From: Malacoraja senta
Lineage: Eukaryota
Assembly: GCA_038087875.1 (NCBI GenBank)
Contig: CM075996.1
Location: forward strand, 2,916,001-2,980,000
DNA length: 64,000 nucleotides
Reading direction: 5' to 3'
The translations under genes were made by a program, and so were the position numbers. Positions within the stretch are counted from its first letter, which is position 1; the number at the start of each line of letters is the position of its first letter. Below, piece by piece: positions 36,546-48,983 of this stretch. Below the pieces are notes generated by a model that worked only from the letters and a program-made list of their open reading frames with translations, was not told the origin of the DNA and ran no database searches.

Positions 36546-37460
36546 TGAGAGAGGCAGGGAGGTACCAGCATACTTGCTGGTACCAACCGGAGAAAGTTGG
36601 GCAATTTCCAAACTCTTAAACGTACAGTTTACAAACTTTCCAAGAAATATCTTAACAACATTTTGTAGATTTTCTTTAGAAATGCTAAAATGAATAAATC
36701 AGCAAATGCTACGAACACTCAGCAAGGAGGGGAGGGTTGATGGAGAGAGATAATATTTCATGTTATCTAATGATAACATGTTACTTTTTTGTTCAAGTTT
36801 TGTCAAATTTAAAAATAGTTGGATTTTTGTGATGTAAAGTTTAGTTTAGTCTAGTTTAGAGATACAGCACAGAAACAGGCCCCATCGGCCCACCAAGTTC
36901 CGCCAACCAGCGATCCCCGCACACTAACACTTTCCTAAACACACTGGGGACAATTTACATTCGTACCAAGCCAATTAACCTACAAACCTGTACGTCTTTG
37001 GTGTGTGGGAGGAGACCGGAGCACCCGGAGGAAACCCACGCAGGCCACGGGGAGAACGTACAAACTCCGTACAGACAGCACCCGTGGTCGGGATCGAACT
37101 CTGGCGCAATGAGACAACAACTCCACCGCTGCGCCACCACACTGGGGCATATGACAATAAGCTTGAGTTCACCTGAGGGTTATGTGAAGATTCAAGAGTG
37201 TTTTATTGTCATGTGTCCCAGATAGAATGATTAACGTTGCCTATTTCCTTCGCTCCACAGATGCTGCTGCACCCGCTGAGTTTCTCCAGCATTTTTGTGT
37301 ACCTAGAACGATTAAATGCTTACTTGCACAACTGAATCCGTAAACATAGTACACTGTACGCAATATAATATAGGAGGAAAAAAAGTTCAGTGTGTGTGTG
37401 TGTATAAATGTAAGAAATGAGGCTTTTTTTTTCAATAAAGGCGGATCTGAAAATGAAACG

Positions 37461-39140
37461 CTAGTCCCACCTCTCTGCGTTTGGCCCATATCCCTCCAAA
37501 CCTGTACTATCCATGTACCTGTCTTATCCATGTACCTGTCTAACTATTTCTTAAACATTGCGATAGTCCCTGCCTCAACTACCTCCTCCGGAAGCTCGTT
37601 CCATACACCCACCACTCTTTCTGTGAAAAAGTACGAGATGAACAAACGCTTTGGCTGAGTTTCAAACAAAATCTAAGAATTTGTAAATCCCACAAGACAC
37701 TTTCTGGAATTAGATTTCAGCTTTCTTGAACGCAAAGAAGCTTCTAAAACATTTCTGGTCCGATTGGTCAAGAGTTGTGGGAAATTCCATCATTTTGCAA
37801 GTTAATTTCTTTGTGTTTTGACTTTCCAGGTAGACTTTCCAGTTAGAAATTACAAACTCATTTGTACCCGTTCCTTGAGTTTCTATGTAAGAATGTAAGA
37901 TATGAGGCTTATTTTTTTTCAATAAAGACGGAACTGAAAACAAAACCTGTCTGCTTTTGGCCCATATCCCTCCAAACCATCACTATCATCTTGGGGTTCG
38001 AATCTGCATGCAGGCACATTTCAACGTGCGCAGTCCCAGAGGAATATAGAGCCTTTTCCGAAAATGGAATAACCAAACTGTAAATAAGAAGTCATCTTTT
38101 CTGAACCAGCTGTCGGTGTGATGGAGCATGAAAGAAGCAAAGAGTTAAAAATAAAAGTAGAACTGTTTATGTTAAACCTGGGCATAATTTCAATTTGTGT
38201 ACTTCAACCATGCAAAACCTTTTAGAAACATAGAAAATAGGTGCAGGAGTAGGCCATTCGGCCCTTTGATCCAGCACCGCCATTCAATATGATCATGGCT
38301 GATCATCCAAAATCAGTACCCCGTTCTTGCTTTCTCCCCATATCCCTTGATTCCGTTAGCCCCAAGAACTGAATCTAACTCTCTCTAAATGGTATATGGA
38401 CTCACTGATCTGTTCTGTATTCATGCCTACTATATTCTGTTGCGCTGAAACAAAGCAAGAATTTCATTGTCCTATCTGGGACACATGACAATAAACTCTC
38501 TTGACTCTTGACTTGACTCTTGAAAACATCCAGTGAATTGGCCTCCACTGCCCTCTGTGACAGAGAGTTCCACAGGAAGGAACTGCAGATGCTGGCTTAC
38601 CCTGAAGAAAGGAACAAATTGCTGGAGTTACTCAGCGGGACAGGCAGCATCTCTGACCCACACTGGATCTAACGCTGACTCACACATCACCGACTTACAC
38701 TCCATTGCCTAACGCTGAGATGTATCATAGAAACTCAAGGAACAGGTACAAATGAGTTTGTAATTTCTAACTTCTGAGTCTTCCTGGAAAGTCAAAACAC
38801 AAAGAAATTAATTTGCAAAATGATGGAATACCCCACAACTCTTAACCAATTGACCAGAATTTTTTTAGAAGCTTCTTTGGGTTCAAGAAAGCTGAAATTT
38901 AATTCCAGAAAGTGTCTTGTGGGATTTACTAATTCTTAGATTTTGTTTGGAACTCAGCCAAAGTGTTTGTTCATCTCGAGCTAATACTTTTTCACAGAAA
39001 AAGTGGTGGGTGTACGGAACAAGTTGCCGGAAGAGGTAGATGAGGCTGGGACTATCGCAATGTTTAAGAAATAGTTAGACAGGTACATGGGTAGGACAGG
39101 TTTGGAGGGATGTGGACCAAACGCGGGCAAGTGGGACTAG
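37461..39140. repeat. Long imperfect inverted repeat (arms 37461-37887 and 38726-39140)
   Basis: The arms are reverse complements and include ~260 bp of sequence unlike any TE recognised here, plus a CR1 tail piece. Confidence 0.9.
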
Positions 39141-39258
39141 TATAGATGGACATGTTGGTGTGGGCAAGTTGGGCCGAAGGGCCTGTTTCCACACGATGAC
39201 ACTAATTAGTTTATTGCATTGCTGTTTAATACATTATTATCTATGTGTATTGTGCTTA

Positions 39259-39770
39259 CAGACCACATCACCCCGATTCTGGCCTCTCTCCACTGGCTCC
39301 CTGTGCGGTTCAGAATCAATTTCAAGCTCCTCCTTTATGCATACAAAGCCCTTAACGGGCTTGCCCCCACCTACATCAATAGTCTGCTAACCCACCACAC
39401 CACCTCCAGGTCCCTCAGATCAGCCGACTTGGGATTACTGACCACCCCACGGTCCAGGCATAAGCTCAGGGGCGACCGCGCTTTTGCGGTTGCTGCACCT
39501 AGACTGTGGAACAGCAGCATCCCTCTTCCCATCAGAACTACCCCCACCATCGACTCTTTTAAGTCTAGACTTAAAACTTATTTCTACTCACAAGCGTTTC
39601 TTGAGGTCCTCTGAGGGAGCGTTGTATGTATGTATCTATGTATGTATTGTTGATCTATGTACCACTGTGTAGCATGTTAGTACCTGCACTGATGTAAAGC
39701 ACTTTGGTCAACGAGAGTTGTTTTAAAATATGCTATAGAAATAAAATTGACTTGACTTGACTTGACTTGT
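39259..39770 (+). mobile_element. L2 LINE 3' end
   Basis: DHITPILASLHWLPVRFRINFKLLL..GDRAFAVAAPRLWNS..FKSRLKTYF; tail TGTAAAGCACTTTGG..(GACTT)n. Confidence 0.9.
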
Positions 39771-42079
39771 TATGCTGCTGTAGTTCAGAATTTCAATGTT
39801 CTGTTGCTGTTAATTATGGCATTTAATCTCTATTCTTGACTCTTGACTCAACGAACTTTGATCCCGTTTCTTAGAGTCCCACTAAAAAAATAGAGGATTG
39901 AGATTTCTATCGCATTATTCATAACATTGGCTCCGCCGACTTGCAATTCTTGGTTTTGATGTGGACCAGTGTTGGTTTAGTTTAGTTTAGAGATACAGCG
40001 CGGAAACAGGCCCTTCGCCCCCCCCCCCCCCCCCCCCCCCGACTCCGCACCGACCCCCGCACACTAACATCATCCTACACGCACTAGGGACAATTTTGCA
40101 TTCGTACCAAGCCAATGAACCTGCAAACCTGTAGGTCTTTGGAGAGCGGGAGGGAACCGAAGATCTCAGAGAAAACCCACGCAAGTCACGGTTTCAGTTT
40201 CCTCCCACACTCCAAAGACGTGCAGGTTGGTAGGTTGATTGCCTTGGTATAAATGTGGGATTAGATTTGCAATTAGATTAGTAACCTGGATTTCGACACT
40301 GGCCTTGTTGCAGAACATAGAAGCTACCGAAGCGGACACAATGACAACTTATAAAAGACGTTTGGACAGATCTGTGGACAGCAAGGGTTCAGAGGGCAAG
40401 GGGCCAAATGCAGGCAAATAGGACTAGCCCAGTATAGCAACTTGATCTTATAACAAATGTAAAGCACTTTGGCCAACGAGAGTTGTTTTTTAAATGTGCT
40501 ATATAAATATATGTGACTTGACTCTCCTCAAATTGTGTTTCTGATTTTCTTTTGTGCTTTTGGAGTGAATTCTGTCCTTGATTTGTGTATTGTGGTGTCT
40601 TTATAATTTATTTTATTCCGATTATGTGTTTCTTATGTGATTTTATGTCCTGTAAGGTGTCCTTGGGTGTCTAGAAAGGCGCCAGCAAATAAAATGAATT
40701 ATTATTATTATTATTGACTTGATGTGACTTGATCAGCATGGACCCAGTGGGCTGAAGGGCCTCTTTCCATGTTATATAGCTCTACAACAACACCATTATC
40801 TCTGGTCTCCATCTCTGGTAGCGCAGTTCAGCCAATGCTCCTTCGAGTATATAATCAGTTTTTAATACACGCTTGCTATCTCTTCCCGTTTGTCGCGAGG
40901 TAATCTGTGCTCGCGTTGCACAGACAGTGTGAATATTCCGACCTTCCCCTGCCTCTCATTCCAAGGATCCGAAGTCGGTTGCTAATATTTGCCAGGAATC
41001 TAATCCCACATTTTTCCACGTCCATGGCAGGGCGCGGTGGCGCAGCGGTAGAGTTGCTTCCTCACAGCGCCAGAGACCCGGGTTCGGTCCCGACCACGGG
41101 TGCCTGTCTGCACGGAGTTTGTTCGTTCTCCCCGTGACCCGCGTGGGTTTTCTCCGGGTGCTCCTGTTTCCTCCCACAAACTCCTAATAATAAAATTTGT
41201 CGCTGGTGCGCGCAGGGTAGCGCTAGTATGCGGGGATTGCTGGTTAGCGCGGACTCGGCGGGCCGATGGGCCTGGTTTCCACGCTGCATCTCTAAACTGA
41301 ACTAAAAATCGGGGCAGGTTAGTCATAGAATCGTACAGCACAGAAGCAGGCCATTTCAGCAGGATGGGCCGAATGGCCTAATTCTGCTCTGATGACTTGT
41401 CAACTTATGAAAAAGCCTTTCTCTGTACCTGAGTGCACGTGACAATAATAAACCAAACTAATCTGTTCGGAGGTACACAAAAATGCTGGAGAAACTCAGC
41501 GGGTGCAGCAGCATCTATGGAGCGAAGGAAATAGGTAACGTTTCGGGCCGAAACCCTGTCTGTTCGGACTGTGCAGACAGGAATTGAAGTTTCAATGATT
41601 CAATGATACTTGAGGTACAAGGCACGGTGAAATCCTTTGTTTTTTGCATTCAATATACGCAAAGAGTTGCCACGTAGCTGACACTAAAGTTACAAAAGTA
41701 CTTATTAGAGTCATAGGTACACAAAATTGCTGGAGAAACTCAGCGGGTGCAGCAGCATCTATGGAGCGAAGGAAATAGGTAATGTTTCGGGCCGAAACCC
41801 TTCTTCAGTCATGATGGTCCTTGTGTAGGAAGGAACTGCAGATGCTGGTTTAAACCGAAGATAGACACAAAAAGCTGGTGTAACTCAGCGGGACGGGCAG
41901 CACCTCTGGAGAGAAGGAATGGGCGATGTCTCGGGTCGAGACCCCTCTTCAGACTGAGGAAGGGTCTCGACCCGAATCGTCACCCATTCCTTCTCTCCAG
42001 AGATGCTGCCTGTCCCACTGAGTTACTCCAGCTTTTTGTGTCTATCTTGTTGTCGGTTGGCCCTGGGACAGATAGCAGT

Positions 42080-42108
42080 CTGAAGAAGGGTCCCGACCCG
42101 AAACGTCA
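42080..42108 (+). ncRNA. Minimal hammerhead ribozyme motif
   Basis: CTGAAGA A GGGT CCCG ACCC GAAA C GTC A; only the loop differs from consensus. Confidence 0.55.
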
Positions 42109-42949
42109 CCTGTCCATGTTCTCCAGAGATGCTGGCTGAGCCGCTGAGCTACTCCATGGAACAACTTGTGTCGTCTTCAGAAGAGACTTGGAGTTGCCTT
42201 GCCTTCCTCCATGGGAGGCAACTGGTCCAACGGTGACCTCTACAGGCACGTTGGGGTATTGACCAACATTGCAGCCATCAGCGTCATAGAACATGGAAAC
42301 AGGCCCTTCAGCCCAACATGTCCGCGCCCACCAAGATGCTACTATGATAATCCACTTTACACTTTCCTACACAGGCTAGGGACAAATCTTTTACATTTAC
42401 GCCAAGCCAATTAACCCACATAAAGCACAATTCACTTACCCAAATTTGGCCCAAATTCTTCTCAACCAAATGTCTTTAAATGTTGCTATTGCTGTTTGAA
42501 CATTGACTTCTCTAACTTCAAGTAACCCTTGCTTTCCCTCTCTCTCTCCATCCCTCCCCCATCCCAGTTCTCCGACCAGACTGAATGTCTCTGACTACAT
42601 TTCATCTCTCTTTGCTTTACCTTCTCCCAGCTAACAATGATCTATTCAACATTTTCTTTGATCTCCATTCCCTTTGGCCTGCTTTCACACTTTACACTTC
42701 CTTATCTATGTATCTCCCTCTCCCCTGACATCAGTCTGATTGAAGAAGGGTCTCGACCCGAGACGTCACCCATTCCTTCTCTCCAGAGATGCTGCCTGTC
42801 CCGCCGAGTTACTCCAGCATTTTGTGTCTATCTTTTGTTTTAGTTTAGATGTGTAGGAAGGAACTGCAGATGCTGGTTTTAATGTTGTTTAGTTTAGAGA
42901 TACAGAGCGAAAACAGGCCCTTCGGCCCACCGAGCCTGTACCGACCAGC

Positions 42950-43400
42950 GATCTAACATTGGGCCACACTGGGTCTAATACTGACCCACACTGGATCTAA
43001 CACTGGGCCACACTGGATCTAACACTGGGCCACACTGGATCTAACACTGACCCACACTGGGTCTAACACTGACCACTGGATCTAACACTGACCAACACTG
43101 GATCTATTACTGGGCCACACTGGATCTAACACTGGCCCACACTGGGTCTAACACTGACCCACACTGGATCTATTACTGGACCACACTGGATCTAACACCG
43201 ACCACTGGGTCTAACACTGACCCACACTGGATCTAACACTGGGCCACACTGGATCTAACACTGGGCCACTGGATCTAACACTGACCACTGGGTCTAACAC
43301 TGACCCACACTGGATCTAATACTGGGCCACACTGGATCTAACACTGACCCACACTGGGTCTCACACAGACCACTGGGTCTCACACAGACCACTGTGTCTC
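42950..43400. repeat. Minisatellite of ~20-23-bp units (CACACTGGATCTAACACTGGGC / ..GACC)
   Basis: About 20 visible tandem copies. Confidence 0.95.
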
Positions 43401-44169
43401 ACACATCACCGACTTACACTCCATTCATCTAACGGTATCATAGAAACTCAAGGAACAGGGACAAATGAGTTTGTAATTTCTCACTTCTGAGTCTTCCTGG
43501 AAAGTCAAAACACAAAAATAAACTCACTTGCAATATGATGGAATTCCCCTCAACTCTGGGCACTTCTGAGCCTGAAACTAAATGTGACTCATCTTGCACA
43601 TTAGTAACCATCCATCAAGCATTAAATTCATGTGGAAAGGAACTGCAGATGCTGGTTTACACCGAAGATAGACACAAAGCGCTGGAGTAACCCAGCGGGA
43701 CAGGCAGCATCTCTGGAGGGAAGGAACGGGTGACGTTTCGGGTCGAGACCCTGATGTCAGGGGAGAGGGAGGCTAATGAACCACTGTTGTATAACGTTAG
43801 TATCTCCACCAATGTATAATTAATATTTTTTTATTGGAGATGCGTACACAACCTAGTTACATCATTACAGTCTTACAGTCTTACATTTTTAAATTGATAA
43901 TATTGTTAAATATTATTACAATGTCTCCAATACTTTTTGCTTTTTTTTTTTAAACTAAATAGAACTAAAGAGAAAGATGAAGTAAAGAAAGAAAAGAAAG
44001 AGAAGAGAAAAAAAAAATAATAATAAAACAAAAAAAACCCAAAAAAACAAAAAAATTGAGAAAAGATAGTTAAAGGAGAATGGAAAAATTTATTAAAATA
44101 GAAAACTTCATTCGAGATATATTCGTACATTTCTAGATATAGCATTTCATCCATTCTTTAGCCCGGGTG

Positions 44170-47100
44170 TTAGTCAGGTTCCTGTGCTGAACTGTTCTGA
44201 CCCTTTAGGTAATCAATAAAAGGAGACCATGTTCCAATGAATAATTCCTGTTTGTCCAACAGGGAGAGTCTGATTCTTTCCACGTTTAAGGTCTCCGTCA
44301 TTTCTATAATCCACATTTTGATTGTGGGGGTCGTAGGGCCTTTCCAAAATTTTAGAATTAATTTTTTTCCTGTTATTAAACTATAATCAATAAAGTTTCT
44401 TTGTGTTGTTCTAAATGTTTGATTTAATTCTAATATTCCAAGTATTATTAATTTTGGGTCTGGGTCCAATTGTGTGCTGGTTACTTTAGATATTATACTG
44501 AAAATATTTACCCAGAATTGTTTAATTTTTATACAGTTTGCAAACATATGAGATAAGGTAGCTTCTAAATGTTGACATTTATCACATATAGGTGAGATAT
44601 GTTGAAAAATTTTATGTAGTTTTGTTTTAGAATAATGTAACCTATGTATTACTTTAAATTGTATTAGAGAATGTCTGGCGTTTAATGAACATTGATGTAT
44701 GTGTTGCAAACTTTCTTCCCAAGTATCTTTCGTTATTATTTGATTTAATTCTTTTTCCCATGTTTGTCTGTGTAAGTCCGTCGATGGAATGTCACTGTCT
44801 AATAAGATATTATATATATATGATATTAATTTTTCTGTATTAGGATGTTTGTTCCAACATTCATCAAGAATTTCTGAATTTCTAATTCTAAAATTTTGAG
44901 TATTTGATTTTACGTAATCTCTAAGTTGAAGATATCTGAAGTAATCATTTCCTCGAAGTCCGTAAGTCTGTTGCAACTCCTGAAATGTCAGAAAAGTGCC
45001 TTCCTTGTAAAGTTGTCCCATATTTTTAATTCCATAATTCTTCCATTGTGTAAAACCCCCGTCCAACCATGAAGGCTTAAACAAAGGGTTATTCACAATT
45101 GGAAGAAAAAGTGATAAATTATCTAATTTGAATGTCTTTTTTAATTGTTTCCAAATTCGTATAGCACTAAATATTATAGGGTTTTCCCTATAAATTTTTT
45201 TGTTTAATTTAGACGTAGCAAATAAAATCGAACCGATATCAAAAGGTAAACAATCTTCCTTTTCCATTTTTAACCAGTCTGGTTGATGATCTATTTCTTC
45301 CAACCAGAAATTCATATTTTTAATATTAACTGCCCAGAAATAAAACAAAAAGTTGGGTAAAACCAAGCCTCCATTTATTTTTGATTTACACAAATGTCTT
45401 TTGTTTATCCTATGATTCTTATAATCCCAGATAAAATCATTAACAATAGAGTCCAGTTTTTTAAAAAAGGTTTTTGCCAGATATATCGGTAATGTCTGAA
45501 ACAGGTATAATATTTGCGGTAAAAAAATCATTTTTATGGCATTAATTTTGCCTACCATTGAGATAGGAAGTGTTTTCCAGTATTGAATATTCTTATGTAG
45601 TTTATTTAGTAATGGTGGAAAATTTGCTTTAAATAATGATGTATATTTCTTAGTTATATAAATACCTAGATATTTAAATTTTTCCTTTACTATTTTAAAT
45701 GGATATTGTTGTATTATCTGTTTGTTATGTTCCCTTATTGGCATAATTTCACTTTTATTCCAATTTATTCTGTATCCTGAAAGTGAACCAAATTGGGTTA
45801 TTAGCTTTAATAAGTTTGGAATACTAATTTCTGGTTTTGTAATATAAATTAATACATCATCTGCATATAGAGAAATCTTATTCACTGTGTCCTTTGTGTT
45901 ATATCCGTGTATTTCCGGATGCCCCCTGACTCTTTCTGCAAGTGGCTCAATAGCGAGCGCAAATAATAATGGAGATAACGGGCATCCTTGTCTACAACCT
46001 CTAGATAGACTAAATTTAGATGACAACCTTTGGTTTGTAAATATTCTAGCCGTGGGATTTGTATATAACAGTTTTATCCATGTACAGAATTTCTCCCCTA
46101 ACTGCATATTTTCCATCACCGAAAATAAATAAGACCATTCGACCTGATCAAATGCTTTTTCAGCGTCAAGTGAGATTATTGCTAGATCTTCATTAATATT
46201 TCTCTTGGAATATATAATATTAAATAATCTTCTTAGGTTATAATATGAGTACCGTTTCTGAATAAAGCCTGTTTGATCAGGGTGTATTAATTTATTCATC
46301 ATTGTACTTAATCTATTCGCTAGTATTTTAGTTAATATTTTCTGATCTGTATTTAAAAGTGCGATTGCTCTATATGATCCCGGGTCTTCCAGATCTTTAT
46401 CAGCTTTAGGAATAAGTGTTATTATAGATTCATTTAAGGTGTCTGGAAGTTTCTGTTGAGTATAGATATACTCGTACAACCTTTGTAAACGTGGACAAAG
46501 CAAGTCATGAAATTTTTTATAAAATTCGGAGCCTAAACCATCTGGTCCTACTGCTTTCCCATTTTTTAAAGAGCCGATTGACTCCTCAATATCTTTTATG
46601 GTAATCTCCCTTTCTAATAATTCTCTATCGTTTGAATCTAAACCTTTTAAATTACATTTTAGTAAAAAATCTGCTATTCCTTCTGATTGTCCTACGGTTT
46701 TAGTTGAATAAAGGTTATGATAGTATTGGAGAAATCTATCATTTATGTCCTTGGGCATTTTTAATAATTCTCCTGTCTCTGTTCTAATTTTATGAATTAT
46801 TTTTTCCCCTTCCATTTTTCGTAACTGACGTGCTAATAGTTTTTGTGGTTTGTCTCCAAATTCAAAATGTAATTGTTTGGTTTTTTGATAAAGTTTTATT
46901 ACTTGTTCTGAATACATTTTATTTAATTTATATTTCAATACAGCAATTTTATTATGTTTTAAAATAGATGGCGTTCTCGCATTTTCTATATCTAGTTGCT
47001 TGATTTCCCTTTCCAATGTTTGTTGTTTAATCCTGTTCTCTTTATTATAAAATGCTTGAGCGGAAATCAATGTACCACGAACAAACGCTTTAAACGTTTC

Positions 47101-47985
47101 CCACATAAGAGAAGTAGGTGTGTCAGGGTTGTCATTTACCTCAAAAAATATTTGAATCTGTTTAATAATATATTCCTGGCATGATCTTTCGTTCAAAATT
47201 TGTGGGTTAAATCTCCAATATGTTTGTTTCTCGGACATTCCATTTAATTTAATCATGAATGTTACAGGTGCGTGATCTGAGATTATAATGTTATGGTATT
47301 TTGAATTATAAATAAATGGGATAAACCTAGAGTCAACCAAAAAATAATCTATTCTTGAGTATGTTTTATGTACTGGTGAGTAAAATGAGTATTCCCGTCC
47401 AGTTGGGTTTTCTATTCTCCAGACATCTTTAATATTAGTGGTATTAATAAATGAATTTAAAAATACACTTGATTGAGATTTTACTTTTTTTTGCCTTGAA
47501 GATCTATCTAAGTATGAATCTAATGTACAGTTAAAGTCTCCTCCAATTATTAATTTATATTGTGTAAATTCAGGAATTTTGTTAAATGTTTTATTAAAAA
47601 ACATGGGGTTATCAAAGTTAGGCCCATATACATTAAGAAGAATCACTTTTTCTCCATTTAACTCTCCTACTAATATAATATATCTACCATCTATATCCAC
47701 TATTGTTGAAGAGTTCGTAAAATGTATTCCTTTACGAATTAGTATTGCAACTCCTCTGGATTTATGGGAAAAAGAGGAATGATATGATTCAGCGATCCAC
47801 TTTGCTTTAAGTCTATGTTGGGATTCCTTTTTAAGGTGCGTTTCTTGGAGGAATATTATATCTGTTTTGATTAGGTTTAGATGTGCCAAAACTTTACCTC
47901 TCTTAATTGGTTCATTGATTCCCTTGACATTCCAGCTACAAAATGTTATTCCCTGGCCCCCTCTTGTCATATTAACATCTTGCAT
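44170..47985 (-). CDS. L1 ORF2p (APE endonuclease, reverse transcriptase, C-terminal CCHC), 1271 aa
   Basis: Endonuclease motifs SWNVKG, LQETH, GGDFN, SRIDY, SDH; RT motifs GPDG, DAEKAFD, RQGCPLSP, YADD, KYLG; zinc motif CDKC..H..C. Confidence 0.97.
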   Translation of the reverse strand: MQDVNMTRGGQGITFCSWNVKGINEPIKRGKVLAHLNLIKTDIIFLQETHLKKESQHRLKAKWIAESYHSSFSHKSRGVAILIRKGIHFTNSSTIVDIDGRYIILVGELNGEKVILLNVYGPNFDNPMFFNKTFNKIPEFTQYKLIIGGDFNCTLDSYLDRSSRQKKVKSQSSVFLNSFINTTNIKDVWRIENPTGREYSFYSPVHKTYSRIDYFLVDSRFIPFIYNSKYHNIIISDHAPVTFMIKLNGMSEKQTYWRFNPQILNERSCQEYIIKQIQIFFEVNDNPDTPTSLMWETFKAFVRGTLISAQAFYNKENRIKQQTLEREIKQLDIENARTPSILKHNKIAVLKYKLNKMYSEQVIKLYQKTKQLHFEFGDKPQKLLARQLRKMEGEKIIHKIRTETGELLKMPKDINDRFLQYYHNLYSTKTVGQSEGIADFLLKCNLKGLDSNDRELLEREITIKDIEESIGSLKNGKAVGPDGLGSEFYKKFHDLLCPRLQRLYEYIYTQQKLPDTLNESIITLIPKADKDLEDPGSYRAIALLNTDQKILTKILANRLSTMMNKLIHPDQTGFIQKRYSYYNLRRLFNIIYSKRNINEDLAIISLDAEKAFDQVEWSYLFSVMENMQLGEKFCTWIKLLYTNPTARIFTNQRLSSKFSLSRGCRQGCPLSPLLFALAIEPLAERVRGHPEIHGYNTKDTVNKISLYADDVLIYITKPEISIPNLLKLITQFGSLSGYRINWNKSEIMPIREHNKQIIQQYPFKIVKEKFKYLGIYITKKYTSLFKANFPPLLNKLHKNIQYWKTLPISMVGKINAIKMIFLPQILYLFQTLPIYLAKTFFKKLDSIVNDFIWDYKNHRINKRHLCKSKINGGLVLPNFLFYFWAVNIKNMNFWLEEIDHQPDWLKMEKEDCLPFDIGSILFATSKLNKKIYRENPIIFSAIRIWKQLKKTFKLDNLSLFLPIVNNPLFKPSWLDGGFTQWKNYGIKNMGQLYKEGTFLTFQELQQTYGLRGNDYFRYLQLRDYVKSNTQNFRIRNSEILDECWNKHPNTEKLISYIYNILLDSDIPSTDLHRQTWEKELNQIITKDTWEESLQHIHQCSLNARHSLIQFKVIHRLHYSKTKLHKIFQHISPICDKCQHLEATLSHMFANCIKIKQFWVNIFSIISKVTSTQLDPDPKLIILGILELNQTFRTTQRNFIDYSLITGKKLILKFWKGPTTPTIKMWIIEMTETLNVERIRLSLLDKQELFIGTWSPFIDYLKGQNSSAQEPD

Positions 47986-48983
47986 ATTGTTTCTAAGGTG
48001 GTCTATAGCCGAGCAGAGAGTACAACACGTAGAACCTGATCCTGCTACCGAGCTTCAGATAGATGAATATAAAATCATATACATCGCTCTTCCGAACACA
48101 TCTCCTTGTATTAGACTTGTTTTTCCATTCAAACGTTGAGTTATAAAAATATTTAAAGTGAAAGAAGTGATAGAGTTGATTAGTAAAGGGTGAAAGAAAA
48201 ATAACTACATCTACAATTAGTGTAGTTAGTGATAGCCACACTAACGTGGCTAGAATTCTAAAGACTTCCGTAGCCTTTGTAAAAAAAAAAATTCCCAGCT
48301 CCGTGCCCGAAGAAAAAAAAAAAGATTATTTCTAACATTCAAATAACTTCTTTGGGAGTAACAAACTTATATACATACCCATACCTACACACACACACCA
48401 TACATACATATAAATATGTATATATACCCATGTGCGTACATTTACAAGCACGTATCCCTGCAGACAAACTCAAGAACAGCAAAAATTCACAACGTTATTG
48501 TTCTCTACATGTTATATTATTTTCTTCGCTAAATCTATAAATTTAATTTTGATTTGAAAATCAAAGAGGAAAACCGTCAAGTTTTATTATGACCTAGGCA
48601 AATTTACCTCTTGCATATCCTCTTATATAATCTAAGTATGTAATTCATCTCTACCTTAATCAAAGACTATTAATTATTAATCATTGTTATCCATCAATAC
48701 AGTATTAAATTTTTATGAGAGAAGTTAATGTTAATAATTTTAGTAGTAATGTGGATATTAAATAAGTATTAGTTGTAGTTAGGTGTGAGTATACAGATTA
48801 TAACAATGACTAGTAAAATTAATAAAATAAAAAAATAAACAATACAAAGATCCCGATTTTCTCCAATGTTCTCCGTCCATTTCGGTTTTCGAATGGCCTT
48901 AAAGCTCTTAAAAGAACTTTAAAGGTCCTTTTAGATCTGGCGGTCCTGTTAGTCCTTGACTCCTAAGACGTAAAGTAAATTCT

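Noticed and set aside
36561..36584. Perfect 10-bp hairpin GGTACCAGCA-TACT-TGCTGGTACC
   Set aside because: Isolated, with no supporting context; too short to assign a function.
42424..42500. Strong minus-strand donor GG|GTAAGTG
   Set aside because: The upstream sequence resembles a decayed CR1 tail, with no convincing acceptor or meaningful frame.
42950..43400. CRISPR-like periodic array
   Set aside because: Units are head-to-tail with no unique spacers, no cas genes are present and the context is eukaryotic; it is a minisatellite.
43906..44154. Hydrophobic Phe-rich ORF as a candidate TM exon for the receptor
   Set aside because: It is the T-rich 3' UTR of the L1, inside the TSD-bounded element.
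47993..48241. 82-aa ORF in the L1 spacer ending just before ORF2
   Set aside because: GTG start, AT-rich composition, no recognisable motif and no evident counterpart in the second L1.
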